Source of the DNA: an uncultured delta proteobacterium
GTDB lineage: Bacteria > Desulfobacterota > Syntrophorhabdia > Syntrophorhabdales > WCHB1-27
Assembly (NCBI GenBank): GCA_963810935.1
Contig: CAWEPK010000012.1
Location: forward strand, 192,001-256,000
Length of the DNA stretch: 64,000 nt
Direction: 5' to 3'
Positions within the stretch are counted from its first letter, which is position 1; every line of letters starts with the position of its first letter. Below the pieces are notes generated by a model. The model was not told the origin of the DNA, ran no database searches, and was given only the letters and a program-made list of their open reading frames with translations. The position numbers and the translations under genes were made by a program. Below are positions 1 to 10,382 of this stretch, piece after piece.

Positions 1-561
1 CGGATACTGACGGCCTGCTACGAGTACCTGCCTAACCGGACCCTCGCCAAAAAGGGCGACGAGCTGGTGAAGATGCTCGGTGCGCCTGCCTTTACGGCCG
101 AGGAGCAGCAATTCGGCGCAAGCGTAATTAAGGCCATGGGAAAGAAAATCGAAGGGGACCCGTTCAGCACGAAGGTCGCGTCGCCCGATTTCACCCGCAA
201 CTTCCCGGATGTGCCGGTCAGTAAAGGGTCTTCGGACGTTAACTTTAGCTGGAGGTTCCCGTCGGTAGAGTTCCATGCGGCAGCCATCGTCCAGACGACC
301 CCTCTCCACTCGTGGCTCGCGGTCTGCCAGACGGGGACCGAGCCCGCGATGAAGGCGGGAATGCAGGCGGCCAAATATATGGCGGCCTTCGGGCTGACTG
401 CCCTGTCCGACCCGAAGCTCATAGCAGACGCATGGGTCGAGCTTCGCGAGAGCGTGGCCCGCTTCGGATACGCCGAGCCGGTACCCAAAGACGTCAAAGT
501 CCCGACGTTTACGGACCTGTACGGCATAGACCCGAGCGCGGTTCCGGGTGTGGGAAAGTAA
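1..561 (+). CDS. M20 amidohydrolase (AbgB-like), C-terminal part, truncated by window edge
   Basis: Frame open from base 1; GSSDVxxxSW..P and TPLHSW motifs typical of AbgB-like C-termini. Confidence 0.7.
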   Translation, partial: RILTACYEYLPNRTLAKKGDELVKMLGAPAFTAEEQQFGASVIKAMGKKIEGDPFSTKVASPDFTRNFPDVPVSKGSSDVNFSWRFPSVEFHAAAIVQTTPLHSWLAVCQTGTEPAMKAGMQAAKYMAAFGLTALSDPKLIADAWVELRESVARFGYAEPVPKDVKVPTFTDLYGIDPSAVPGVGK

Positions 562-567
562 TAACTT

Positions 568-1644
568 ATGCCTAAGCGTAAAACCGGCCAGACGCACCGA
601 ATAGCGGTGATACCGGGGGACGGCATCGGCAAGGAGGTCGTCCCGGAAGGCATCAGGGTCCTGGAGGCTGCCGGCCGCAGGTTCGGCTTCAACTGGACCT
701 GGGAGACACTGCCCTGGAGCTGCGAATACTATACAGCCACGGGCCGGATGATGCCCGAGGACGGCCTCGACATTTTGAAGGGCTTCGAGGCAATCTTTCT
801 GGGAGCTGTAGGCGCGCCGGGCGTAGAAGACCACGTGTCGCTCTGGGGCCTGCTCATCCCTATAAGGCGCACTTTTCAGCAGTACGTAAATCTCAGGCCG
901 GTAAAGAACATGAAGGGCGTGGTCAGCCCCCTGCGGGGGGTCAAGCCCGGCGATATAGACTTTTTCGTCGTCAGGGAGAACAACGAGGGCGAGTACTCGA
1001 ACGTGGGCGGCATGATGTACGCCGGGACGGAAATGGAGTTCGTGACGCAGGAAACCATCTTCTCCCGCGTAGGCATGGAGAGGATCATGCGGTTCTCCTT
1101 CGAGCTTGCCCGCAAAAGGAAAAAGAAGCAGGTCACATCGGCCACCAAGTCGAACGGCATCATCTTCACGATGCCTTACTGGGACGAAACGTTCGCGCGC
1201 ATATCACGCGAGTACCCGGACGTGTCGGCCGAGCAGTTCCATATCGACGCCCTGGCCGCCCTCTTCGTCCAGCACCCGGAGCGGTTCGACGTAGTGGTGG
1301 CAAGCAACCTCTTCGGGGATATACTTTCGGACCTGGGCCCCGCAGTCGCAGGGGGCCTCGGCATCGCCCCTTCGGCCGCCCTGAACCCCGAAAGGAACTA
1401 CCCGTCCACGTTCGAGCCTGTCCACGGGTCCGCCCCGGACATAGCGGGCAAGGGGATAGCAAACCCCATCGGCCAGATACTCTCAGGCGCCATGATGCTC
1501 GACCACCTGGGCCACCCGGAGGCTGCGGCCGCAGTCGAGAAGGCCGTTGAGGCTACGGCGGGCGACAAGGGCATCAAGACGCGGGACCTGGGCGGCACTG
1601 CGTCGACGCAAGATGTGGGTAAAGCGGTTGCTGATTATCGATGA
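568..1644 (+). CDS. dmlA: Tartrate dehydrogenase / D-malate dehydrogenase (decarboxylating)
   Basis: IAVIPGDGIG, DHVSLWGLL, KSNGI, NLFGDILSD, FEPVHGSAPDIAG motifs. Confidence 0.88.
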   Translation: MPKRKTGQTHRIAVIPGDGIGKEVVPEGIRVLEAAGRRFGFNWTWETLPWSCEYYTATGRMMPEDGLDILKGFEAIFLGAVGAPGVEDHVSLWGLLIPIRRTFQQYVNLRPVKNMKGVVSPLRGVKPGDIDFFVVRENNEGEYSNVGGMMYAGTEMEFVTQETIFSRVGMERIMRFSFELARKRKKKQVTSATKSNGIIFTMPYWDETFARISREYPDVSAEQFHIDALAALFVQHPERFDVVVASNLFGDILSDLGPAVAGGLGIAPSAALNPERNYPSTFEPVHGSAPDIAGKGIANPIGQILSGAMMLDHLGHPEAAAAVEKAVEATAGDKGIKTRDLGGTASTQDVGKAVADYR

Positions 1645-1744
1645 CGACTAATTCAAAGGCGCACGAACGGTCTACCTGCCAGGGGCCAGTTGATTCTGAG
1701 ATTCTAAGTGAGAAAGCAGACAAATAGCGACCAAGCCGCTTAGT

Positions 1745-1895
1745 CGTAATTGTCCGTTCCGGCGGACAATTACGGTCACGCGGCTAACTCAAACAATAAA
1801 GGGTTTATTGCGTTTTTTCCGGCGATAGCCGGCAGTAAAGATTTGCTGATTCCGACCATCCTATCACAGCAATTGTCCGTTCCGGCGGACAATTG
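1745..1895. repeat. Two identical 24-nt palindromic hairpins AATTGTCCGTTCCGGCGGACAATT (1748-1771, 1871-1894)
   Basis: Read directly; stems extended by different but complementary flanks (CGT..ACG, C..G). Confidence 0.85.
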
Positions 1896-1912
1896 ATGTC
1901 GTGGACGGAGGA

Positions 1913-2035
1913 GCCGCATGGAGGATGCTTCATATGCGGATGCAATGTGAGCCGCGTCGGCCGCAGGCGTACATGCCGTACGCCGGAGGGCCCGCGGCGA
2001 GCAGGGCGCCGCAGAGGGAGTATCCTCCATGCGGC
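1913..2035. repeat. Long palindromic (MITE/REP-like) element
   Basis: Arms GCCGCATGGAGGATGC (1913-1928) / GTATCCTCCATGCGGC (2020-2035), 15/16 complementary; central GCGTAC-N5-GTACGC hairpin. Confidence 0.75.
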
Positions 2036-2099
2036 GAGTCCAAGTCACCCACACACGCCGTTTTGTATTTTTCACACCGCACGTGCGGTAGACACAACC

Positions 2100-2834
2100 C
2101 TAGTACTTGACTTCCCGCAGAAATAACCCATGCGGCGGCGCAGTCGGCCCTGCTTCTTCGCGCATCCCCGACTCCATCGCCGCCTTCAGGCCCTCCGGCT
2201 CCATCCTTCCCTGCCCCACTTCCAGCAGCGTCCCCACGATATTCCTCACCATATACCGCAAAAACCCCGTCGCCTCGATCATGACGTAGACCATATCGCC
2301 CCGCGTCGCGATCCCCGCCCTCTTTACTTCCCGCACCGTGCTCTTATACGCCTCGTCCTTCTTTTTGAAGGCCGAAAAATCGTGTTCCCCGACAACTGCC
2401 CGGATGGCAACCTTCATCGAGCCCATGTCGAGGGAATGCGGTAAATGGAGCACATATCTGGACAGGAAAGGCGAGTTGTCCTGCCTGTTGAGGATGCAGT
2501 AGACGTAGGTCTTGCTCTTAGTGGAATACCTTGCGTGGAAGGTCTCGTCCGCGTCGGCCGCGTCGAGCACCCTGATATCGCGCGGGAGCAGGCTGTTCAG
2601 GCCGCGCCGCAGCGAGGTGCAGTCGATCCCCTTCTCCGTCCCGAAGTTGACCACCTGCCCCATGGCGTGGACGCCCGCGTCCGTCCTCGCGGCCGCGCTC
2701 ATCCGGACCTCGTGGTCGAGTATCCTGCCTGCGGCCGCACCGAAGGCCTCTTCCACGGTCAGCGCGTTCGGCTGGCGCTGCCACCCGTGGTAGCCCGTGC
2801 CGTCATAAGAAACGGTAAGGCGGAGGTTCCTCAC
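2100..2834 (-). CDS. truA: tRNA pseudouridine(38-40) synthase
   Basis: YDGTGYHGWQRQ, ARTDAGVHA, GEHDFSAF, GFLRYMVRNIVG, GPTAPPHGLFL. Confidence 0.95.
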   Translation of the reverse strand: MRNLRLTVSYDGTGYHGWQRQPNALTVEEAFGAAAGRILDHEVRMSAAARTDAGVHAMGQVVNFGTEKGIDCTSLRRGLNSLLPRDIRVLDAADADETFHARYSTKSKTYVYCILNRQDNSPFLSRYVLHLPHSLDMGSMKVAIRAVVGEHDFSAFKKKDEAYKSTVREVKRAGIATRGDMVYVMIEATGFLRYMVRNIVGTLLEVGQGRMEPEGLKAAMESGMREEAGPTAPPHGLFLREVKY

Positions 2835-2837
2835 GGC

Positions 2838-3191
2838 CTATATCGGGGGTTGCTGTCTTTTGTAAGGCTGCGGGGCTTCACTTTTGGGCTTCGGCTTGTC
2901 GTTCCTGCCCTGCCCGTTCAGAGGCTGGTCCTTTTTCTGCGGCAGTGCCTGGGCCTTCTTCTGGGCGTCCGCAGCATCCCCCGGGGCGGAAGCAGCCCCG
3001 GCAGCTTCGTTCTGACGGCCGGCGACGTCTTCCAGCTCCTTCTTCATCCCTATGATCTCGGCCTTCAGGTAGTTGTTCTCCTCGCGGAGGAGCTTAACTT
3101 CGTCCTTCAGCCTGTTGTTCTCTTTCTCACAGGTATTGCAGGAGACAAGAAGAAGCAGAAGGGGCAAACAAAGGATTACTAAACGCTTCAT
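2838..3191 (-). CDS. Hypothetical coiled-coil lipoprotein
   Basis: MKR + hydrophobic stretch + LVSC lipobox, then heptad coiled coil. Confidence 0.6.
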   Translation of the reverse strand: MKRLVILCLPLLLLLVSCNTCEKENNRLKDEVKLLREENNYLKAEIIGMKKELEDVAGRQNEAAGAASAPGDAADAQKKAQALPQKKDQPLNGQGRNDKPKPKSEAPQPYKRQQPPI

Positions 3192-3276
3192 GGCCACTAT
3201 TTTCCACCCTGCCGCTCCAATTGTCAACGCATTGTTCTTATGGTAGAGTATTGCTCACCGAAAGACAAGGAGAGTT

Positions 3277-5695
3277 ATGCCTACTGCTACTGTGATACCG
3301 ATAGAAAACGAGATGCGCAGGTCCTATCTGGACTATGCGATGAGCACGATCATAGGCAGGGCGCTGCCCGATGCCCGCGACGGCCTCAAGCCCGTACACC
3401 GCAGGATCCTCTTCGCCATGTACGAGCTGAACAATACGCACGACAAGCCGTACAAGAAGTCTGCCAGGGTCGTCGGAGACGTTATAGGCAAGTACCATCC
3501 GCACGGCGACCAGGCGGTCTACGACGCCATCACCAGGATGGTGCAGGACTTCTCCATGAGGTACCCCCTCATCGACGGCCAGGGCAACTTCGGCTCCATA
3601 GACGGCGATGCCCCGGCTGCCATGCGTTACACGGAGGTGCGCCTCTCAAGGATCGCAGAGGAGATACTGGCCGACATAGAGAAGGACACCGTCGGTTTCA
3701 AGGTAAATTACGACGAGTCCCTGAAAGAGCCCATCGTAATGCCCTCGCGCATCCCCAACCTGCTGATAAACGGCTCGTCCGGCATCGCGGTCGGCATGGC
3801 CACCAATATCCCGCCCCACAACCTGACCGAGGTGGTGAACGCCACGATAGCCTTCATCGACAAACCGGATATCACCATCCCCGAATTGATGGAGCATATA
3901 CCCGGCCCCGATTTCCCCACGCAGGCATTAATTTACGGCAGGAAGGGCATCAAGGACGCTTACGAGACCGGGCGCGGCCACATACTCCTGCGGGCGACCA
4001 CGAACATCGAGAAGGGGAAGAAGGACGGCCGGGAATCGATCATCATCACGCAGCTTCCCTACCAGGTGAACAAGGCGCGCCTCATCGAGAACATCGTCGA
4101 GCTCGTCAACCAGAAGAAGATCGAGGGCATATCGAACATCCGCGACGAGTCGAACCGGGAAGGCATCCGGGTCGTCATCGAGTTAAAGCGGAATGAGATG
4201 GCCATGCCCATACTCAATAAGCTCTATAAGCAGACGCAGCTCCAGACGACATTCGGCATCATATTCCTGACCATCGTCAACAACCAGCCCAAGTACCTGA
4301 CCCTGAAGGAGATGATAAGCCACTTCGTCAACTTCAGGAAGGAAGTCGTAACCCGCCGCTCCACCTTCGAGTCTGAACAAGGCCCAGGACCGCCTGCACA
4401 TACTCGAAGGGCTGAAGATCGCCCTCGACAACATCGACCAGGTGGTCGCGATCATCAGGCGCGCGAAGAACACCGAAGAGGCGAGAAACGGTTTGATGAG
4501 CGCCTTTTCCCTCTCCGAGAGGCAGGCACAGAGCATCCTCGACATGCGCCTTGCCCGCCTCACGTCGCTCGAGCGCAACAAGATAACCGACGAGCTTGCA
4601 GCCGTCACCGAAGAGATAAAGCGGCTCTCGGCCATCCTGAAGGAAGAGCGCCTTCTCATGGAAGTCATAAAGAAGGAACTTACCGAAATCAGGGACAAGT
4701 ACGGCGACGGCAGGCTGACGGACATAGTGGACGAGCTGCCCGAGATTACGATCGAGGACATGATAAAGGAAGAAGAAGTCGTCGTCACGATCACTTACGG
4801 CGGCTATATAAAGAGGACCCCCCTCGACCTGTACAAGCAGCAGTTGCGCGGCGGCAAGGGCAAGATAGGCATCGCCGTGCGGGATGACGATTTCGTCAAC
4901 CAGCTCTACATCGCCTCGACCCACTCATATATTATCCTGTTTACGACCGCCGGCAGGGCGCATATCAGGAAGGTCCATACCATACCGGAAGCCCATCTTA
5001 CCGCGAAGGGAAAGCCGGTGATAAACCTCATCAAGGCGGAGAAGGACGAGAAGATCACGGCGGTAACGCACGTGAGGGATTTTCCGGAGGACAGGTACCT
5101 CTTCATCGCGACGAAAAAGGGCCGTGTGAAGAAGATCAGCATGGCCCTGCTCAAGAACGTGCGGCAGCCGGGCATAAAAGTGATCGACCTTCCCGACGAC
5201 GACCACCTGATGGACGTGCTTCCCGTCAACCCCGGCTCGGACCTCGTCCTCGGCACGAAGAAAGGCATGACCATCAGGTTCAGGGAAGAAGACGTGAGGC
5301 CGATGAGCAGGATAGCTTACGGGGTCATCGGCGTGCGCCTGCGCAAGGGCGACGAGCTTGTCTCCGTGGACGTGATGAACGACGCCTGCTCGCTCTTTAC
5401 GGTTACTGACAAAGGGTTTGGCAAGCGCGTAGACTGCAAAGAGTATAAGAACCAGGCCAGGGGCGGCATCGGCCTCATAAACGTGAAGTGCGAGCAGAAG
5501 AACGGCGAGGTGGTCGGCGCCAAGAGCGTGGGCCCCAGCGATGCCGTTATACTGGTGACGAATACGGGCAGGACCATAAGGTTCAACTCCGCCGAGATCC
5601 CCGTCCACTTCAGGGGCGGCCTCGGCGTGAAGCTCATGGGCCTGAAGGACGAGGAAGAAAGAATCAGCGGGTTCGGGATTATAAGCGAAGACTAG
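3277..5695 (+). CDS. gyrA: DNA gyrase subunit A (apparent frameshift near 4372)
   Basis: [28 protein letters not shown], GyrA box QLRGGKG; removing one T at about 4372 joins the ORFs ([16 protein letters not shown]). Confidence 0.95.
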
Positions 5696-5715
5696 AGCGC
5701 AATGGAAAGCCCTAA

Positions 5716-5791
5716 TGCCTCTTCCTTTTCATGAGGGGGAGGCTCCGGCGGCTGATGCAGCCGGAGGGGGCGACGCGAGCCCCGATAATTG
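5716..5791 (+). repeat. Family A two-hairpin REP-like element, copy 1
   Basis: GGGGGAGGCTCC-stem-GGAGGGGGCGACGCGAGCCCCGATAATTG; flanked by duplicated gyrA 3' end. Confidence 0.85.
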
Positions 5792-5824
5792 TGGTTCGGG
5801 ATTATAAGCGAGGACTAAGACAGA

Positions 5825-6817
5825 ATGAACCTGGCGGTAATCGGCGCAGGGGCATGGGGAACAGCCTTCTCGATGCAGCTTGCCTCCGCCGGCCACAAAG
5901 TCCTTCTCTGGGTCTATGAGCCGGACCTGCTTGAAATCATACGGACAACAAGAGAAAACACCTACTACCTGCCGGGCGTCCCACTGCCGGAAAATATCGA
6001 TTTCACGGGCGACCTCGAAGCTGCCGCCACATTCAGTGACGATATTGTTATAGCCACGCCTTCATTCGCCCTGCGGCCGGTGGTCGGCGCCATAGCAGGG
6101 GCGCTTTCGGCCAGGCGGCTCCTTGTGATAACCAAGGGGCTGGAACGCGCTACGCTCTTTACGATGAGTCGCATTGTGGCCGACGTCGAAGGTCAGGGCA
6201 CGCAAGTCGCGGTCCTGTCCGGCCCCTCGTTCGCACTCGAAGTAGCCAGGGGCTGTTTCACCTCCGTAGTCATAGCATCCGCAGACAAATCGCTCGCGCG
6301 CCGCTTCCAGGAGATAAGCCACACGGGCGCTTTTCGCGTCTACACGACCGACGACACGGCCGGCGTGGAGCTGGGCGGGGCGCTCAAGAACGTCATGGCC
6401 ATAGGGGCGGGCATCATCGAGGGCCTGGGCCTCGGAAGCAACACGCTTGCCGCGTACATGACGCGGGCGCTGGCGGAGATCAAGCGCCTCGGGGGCAGGA
6501 TGGGAGCGCGGGAGACGACGTTCATGGGGCTTTCGGGCATGGGGGACCTGATACTCACCTGCACCGGCCCCCTGAGCAGGAACAGGACATTCGGCATCGA
6601 GCTGGCGAAGGGAGGCGTCCCCGCCGCCCTGATCGCGTCACGCAAGGCCGTAGTCGAAGGATATTACACGATTGCGGCCGCACAGAGGCTTTCGCGCGAG
6701 GTAGGCGTGGAGATGCCCATCACGAGCGAGCTGCACCAGGTACTTTACGCAGGCAAGGACATAAGGACCGCCTTCGAGGACATAAGAAAGCGGGACACCA
6801 AGGATGAAGACGCCTGA
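5825..6817 (+). CDS. gpsA: NAD(P)H-dependent glycerol-3-phosphate dehydrogenase
   Basis: GAGAWGTA, LSGPSFA, GVELGGALKN, GMGDLILTC, SRNR. Confidence 0.95.
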   Translation: MNLAVIGAGAWGTAFSMQLASAGHKVLLWVYEPDLLEIIRTTRENTYYLPGVPLPENIDFTGDLEAAATFSDDIVIATPSFALRPVVGAIAGALSARRLLVITKGLERATLFTMSRIVADVEGQGTQVAVLSGPSFALEVARGCFTSVVIASADKSLARRFQEISHTGAFRVYTTDDTAGVELGGALKNVMAIGAGIIEGLGLGSNTLAAYMTRALAEIKRLGGRMGARETTFMGLSGMGDLILTCTGPLSRNRTFGIELAKGGVPAALIASRKAVVEGYYTIAAAQRLSREVGVEMPITSELHQVLYAGKDIRTAFEDIRKRDTKDEDA

Positions 6818-6835
6818 TCGGCGTCACCGGCCCGT

Positions 6836-7309
6836 CTATTCAAACGAAAAATCGAGGAACAGCTTCTCCGGCCCGTTGTCCGTCTCGAAGGTGAACGACA
6901 GGGAGATTACGGGCAGCTTCGTTATGAAGTTGATCTCCACGTTCTGGCCGATGATGACCGTCGGCAGGGCCGCCTTGAGATTGAAGCCCAGCTTTTCGAT
7001 CTCCAGCCTTGTCTGCCCGGATATGATGTTCGTAAGCTCGCCGATCGCGTCCACTACGTCGGGGGTCACCGACGCCGCCTCTTCGTCGACAAACCTCTTG
7101 TAGATGTAAGCCGCGCCTTTCTTGCTGAACGACAGGCTGAACGTGCCCTTCCTGTCCCCGGCAAAGCCGATCACGCCGGTCACGTCGCCCGAGCTGTAAT
7201 TGTCCTTCTTCAATACCGGCTTGCCCATCACGATATCGAGGGACAGCATCTTTTTGAAGACGTTCTGGACGGCTGCCAGGTACGCGTTTACAAATCCCGC
7301 TTCCATCAT
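6836..7309 (-). CDS. cheX: Chemotaxis phosphatase CheX
   Basis: DVTGVIGFAG and DAIGELTNIISG (ExxN) motifs; overlaps cheY. Confidence 0.88.
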   Translation of the reverse strand: MMEAGFVNAYLAAVQNVFKKMLSLDIVMGKPVLKKDNYSSGDVTGVIGFAGDRKGTFSLSFSKKGAAYIYKRFVDEEAASVTPDVVDAIGELTNIISGQTRLEIEKLGFNLKAALPTVIIGQNVEINFITKLPVISLSFTFETDNGPEKLFLDFSFE

Positions 7310-7695
7310 GCCGCCTGCCGGCTCTTGGCCTTCGCCACGGCCTTCTGGATGGCCTCCTGAAGCCTGTCGGGCGTAAACGGCTTGACAATATAGTTATCGA
7401 CGCCGTTCTTGATGGCCTCCATGACGCTGTCCTTCTGCGCCTCGGCCGTCACCATGATGAAGGGGATATTCTTGACCGCGTCGTCTTCCTTGCATATTTT
7501 TAGGAACTCTATGCCCGTCATCTCGGGCATGATCCAGTCGCTGACGATCAACTCGAAGCTCGAGTCTTTCTTCAGTATCTCGAACGCCTGACGGCCGTTC
7601 TCCGCCTCCGTCACATCCGTGATGTCGATCTGCCTCAGCACGTTCTTAATGATCTTCCTCATGGTAGCAAAATCATCGACTACCAGCGTCTTCAT
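7306..7695 (-). CDS. cheY: Chemotaxis response regulator CheY
   Basis: VVDDFATMRKII, SDWIMP, MVTAEA, YIVKPFT; AGGAGG RBS before ATG 7695. Confidence 0.9.
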   Translation of the reverse strand: MKTLVVDDFATMRKIIKNVLRQIDITDVTEAENGRQAFEILKKDSSFELIVSDWIMPEMTGIEFLKICKEDDAVKNIPFIMVTAEAQKDSVMEAIKNGVDNYIVKPFTPDRLQEAIQKAVAKAKSRQAA

Positions 7696-7788
7696 AGCTC
7701 CTCCTGTAACAAGCTCGCTATTAGCGGGGATAGGCAAAACAACCGCCGCCATCGTCCTCCCCGCTCCCCTAACCCGGCTCTAAGTGAT

Positions 7789-7815
7789 TAATCGGCAAAA
7801 AGGGAGTATTACTTA
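7789..7815 (-). promoter_or_regulatory. Sigma28 (FliA)-type promoter for cheY-cheX
   Basis: Minus strand TAAG-N15-GCCGATTA versus consensus TAAA-N15-GCCGATAA. Confidence 0.7.
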
Positions 7816-8024
7816 ACACCTTTCACTAAAATCGGGTATTTTTACCCAGGCCCCAGTTTTAAGGGGGGAAGGGCGCTATGAACAGGCAGCGGTTTCTTAT
7901 AATTGTCAAATAAATTTGTTCGTGCTATCATCGTATTATCTTCATACTGCTGGGGCAGTCCACTAAGCTAATTAAACCCGTTTCTGTGAGAAGCAAAGTC
8001 TTTTGACAACGGAGAGACGCGCCT

Positions 8025-8414
8025 ATGGCGGAAACTTCATCCTCCGATAAAGAGCATATCCTGTTGGTAGACGACGAACCCGATGTCTTGGAGACTCAGG
8101 CACAGGTTCTCAGACGTATCGGATACTCTGTAGAGACGAGCGCAGATCCCATCGAGGCGATCAGTGTCTTCGAGGAAAACCCGAACCGATTCAAACTTGT
8201 AATAACGGACGAGATGATGCCGCATATGCGCGGTACAGGGATGGCAGCCCGGATGAAGGCTGTGCGCCCCGATCTCCCCTTCATTATAGTCACTGCCGGT
8301 CTTGACCTTGAAAGGACTCTAAAAGAAGCGGAAGCCATGCAAATCGATCACGTCCTTATGAAGCCGCTAAACATGCTATCCTTTGAGGCGGCTATCAAGA
8401 CGATCCTATCTTAA
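8025..8414 (+). CDS. Single-domain response regulator
   Basis: ILLVDDE, ITDEMMP, IIVTA, MKP. Confidence 0.85.
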   Translation: MAETSSSDKEHILLVDDEPDVLETQAQVLRRIGYSVETSADPIEAISVFEENPNRFKLVITDEMMPHMRGTGMAARMKAVRPDLPFIIVTAGLDLERTLKEAEAMQIDHVLMKPLNMLSFEAAIKTILS

Positions 8415-8432
8415 AGCAATCAGAATATCTTG

Positions 8433-10382
8433 TTATCCGTCAAAAGCCTTCTTCCGGCTGTCGAGTACCTGCCGCACCGTCTTTGCCAGTTTGCTCGCAG
8501 CCACAGGCTTCATGAGGAATTCGGCAATACCCGCTTGCTTTGCCTTCTTTGGCGACAAAGTGTCGCTATAGCCGGTAAAAAGGATTATGGGGAGATCGTT
8601 CCTGACCGCCACGATCTTCTCGGCGAGCTTCACGCCCGTCAGTTCGGGCATCACGTGGTCGGTGACGACCAGATCGAAGGCTCCGGGCTTGCTCTTAAAC
8701 TTCTTCAACCCTTCTCTTCCATTCTTGGCTGTAGTCACCTGATAGCCGAGACGTTCAAGTATCTTAGAAAGCATCTCGACGACGTCCGGCTCGTCGTCAA
8801 CGATTAGCACCCTCTCGTTGCCTCTAGGAAGGGAGCCTTCTTTGGCCCTTTCCTCTTTGGCTGCTCCCTCGTGCAACGGGAGAAACACCCTGAAGGTCGA
8901 GCCTTTGCCTATTTTCGTATCAACGGTAATGCCGCCGCCATGGCTCTTGACGATGCCGAATACGACCGCAAGCCCCATGCCCGTTCCCTTACTCTTGTCC
9001 TTCGTCGTAAAGAACGGCTCGAATATCCTGTCACGAATCTTCCTGGGTATGCCTGTGCCTGTGTCGCTCACGGTAAGGACGACGTACCGTCCGGACTGCA
9101 TGTCCTCATCAGGCTTCGGGTCGTTCTGCCCTATGGTGACATCGGATACGCCTATTGTAAGGACGCCGCCGTCTTCTCTCATTACGTGATCGGCATTGGT
9201 CGACAGGTTCATTATAACTTGCTGCAATTGAGAAGGGTCGGCTAGGACGGTATCAAAGTCGGTTACGGCATCGACCTTGATCTCGATGGTGCTGGGCAGC
9301 GTGCCTCGTAGCATCTTGGTGGTCTCTTTTACGAGAGGGATTAGACTGAACGGTCTTTTTGCCCCCTGTTGCTTCCTGCTGAAGGCCAGAATCTGCTTCA
9401 CAAGGTCGCTCGCCCGGCGAGATGCCTTAAGTATCTGATCAAGTTGATGCCCGATCCCGTTCATGCTGTTGCCTACCTCATCATGAGCAAGCTCGGCATT
9501 GCCCATGATGACGGCAAGCATGTTGTTGAAGTCATGGGCTATGCCTCCGGCGAGGGTGCCGACGGCTTCCATCTTCTGAGATTGCGCTAACCGTTCTTCT
9601 ATCTGCTGCCGTTGTTTGGTCTCTTCTATCAGTTTGTCGTAGGCATCCCGTAGCTCCACGGTGCGATCCTCAACCCGTTGTTCAAGCTCGTCACGGGAAC
9701 GACGGAGCTCTTCTTCTATCCGCTTTCGCTCCGTGACGTCTATCTGAACGCCGATCATGCGGACAGCCTTCCGCTGCTTGCCCTCTCCCTGAAAGTAGAC
9801 CTGTCCTTTACCCAGAGTCCAATGGACGGAGCCGTCGTCCCATATGATACGGTATTCACCCTCGTAACGGCCGTTCGCACCGGGCGTCAAAGATTCCCTG
9901 ACAGACTGCCTGAGCCGGGCGCGGTCGTCGGGATGAATACACTCTATGAGCCGGGCATAGTCAAGTTTCTCGTTTTCGCCTACGTCCCACATCCGCCGCA
10001 TGTTTGCGTCCCATGCTATCTCACCCGTGACAACATTGTAATCGAACGTGCCTATCTGAGCAGAATCGAGTGCAACGCGAGACCGCTTTTCCGTATCCCT
10101 AAGCACCTTCTCAAGTTCTCTTTGCCCGGTAATGTCTTTGAACAGGGCATGCAGGAACTTTCCGGTCGCAACAGTCTCCATTGATGAGGAGACGAGAAGG
10201 AAGAGCAGGGAGCCGTCGTCAAGGACAATCTTCATCTCCTCGTCCTTGACATACTCTCCTTTCAGGAGAGAGCGCATAAAGGGCCAGTCATCTGCGGCGT
10301 ATTCGGTTCCGTCGGTACGGAAGGCTTTGAATTGAGTGAACTGGGCAAAGCCGGCGAGGGGCGAGAACTTTGTTCGAAACAT
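8433..10382 (-). CDS. PAS-domain hybrid sensor histidine kinase/receiver (start uncertain)
   Basis: PAS/PAC, H-box [10 protein letters not shown]1/F/G2 boxes, C-terminal receiver. Confidence 0.9.
   Translation of the reverse strand: MFRTKFSPLAGFAQFTQFKAFRTDGTEYAADDWPFMRSLLKGEYVKDEEMKIVLDDGSLLFLLVSSSMETVATGKFLHALFKDITGQRELEKVLRDTEKRSRVALDSAQIGTFDYNVVTGEIAWDANMRRMWDVGENEKLDYARLIECIHPDDRARLRQSVRESLTPGANGRYEGEYRIIWDDGSVHWTLGKGQVYFQGEGKQRKAVRMIGVQIDVTERKRIEEELRRSRDELEQRVEDRTVELRDAYDKLIEETKQRQQIEERLAQSQKMEAVGTLAGGIAHDFNNMLAVIMGNAELAHDEVGNSMNGIGHQLDQILKASRRASDLVKQILAFSRKQQGAKRPFSLIPLVKETTKMLRGTLPSTIEIKVDAVTDFDTVLADPSQLQQVIMNLSTNADHVMREDGGVLTIGVSDVTIGQNDPKPDEDMQSGRYVVLTVSDTGTGIPRKIRDRIFEPFFTTKDKSKGTGMGLAVVFGIVKSHGGGITVDTKIGKGSTFRVFLPLHEGAAKEERAKEGSLPRGNERVLIVDDEPDVVEMLSKILERLGYQVTTAKNGREGLKKFKSKPGAFDLVVTDHVMPELTGVKLAEKIVAVRNDLPIILFTGYSDTLSPKKAKQAGIAEFLMKPVAASKLAKTVRQVLDSRKKAFDG

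Noticed and set aside
1748..1894. Paired 24-nt palindromes as a CRISPR array
   Set aside because: Only two repeats, 99-nt spacer, no cas genes
4360..4445. Split gyrA as programmed frameshift, intein or real two-gene gyrase
   Set aside because: One extra base restores the frame; no slippery run or insertion; many similar indels in the window
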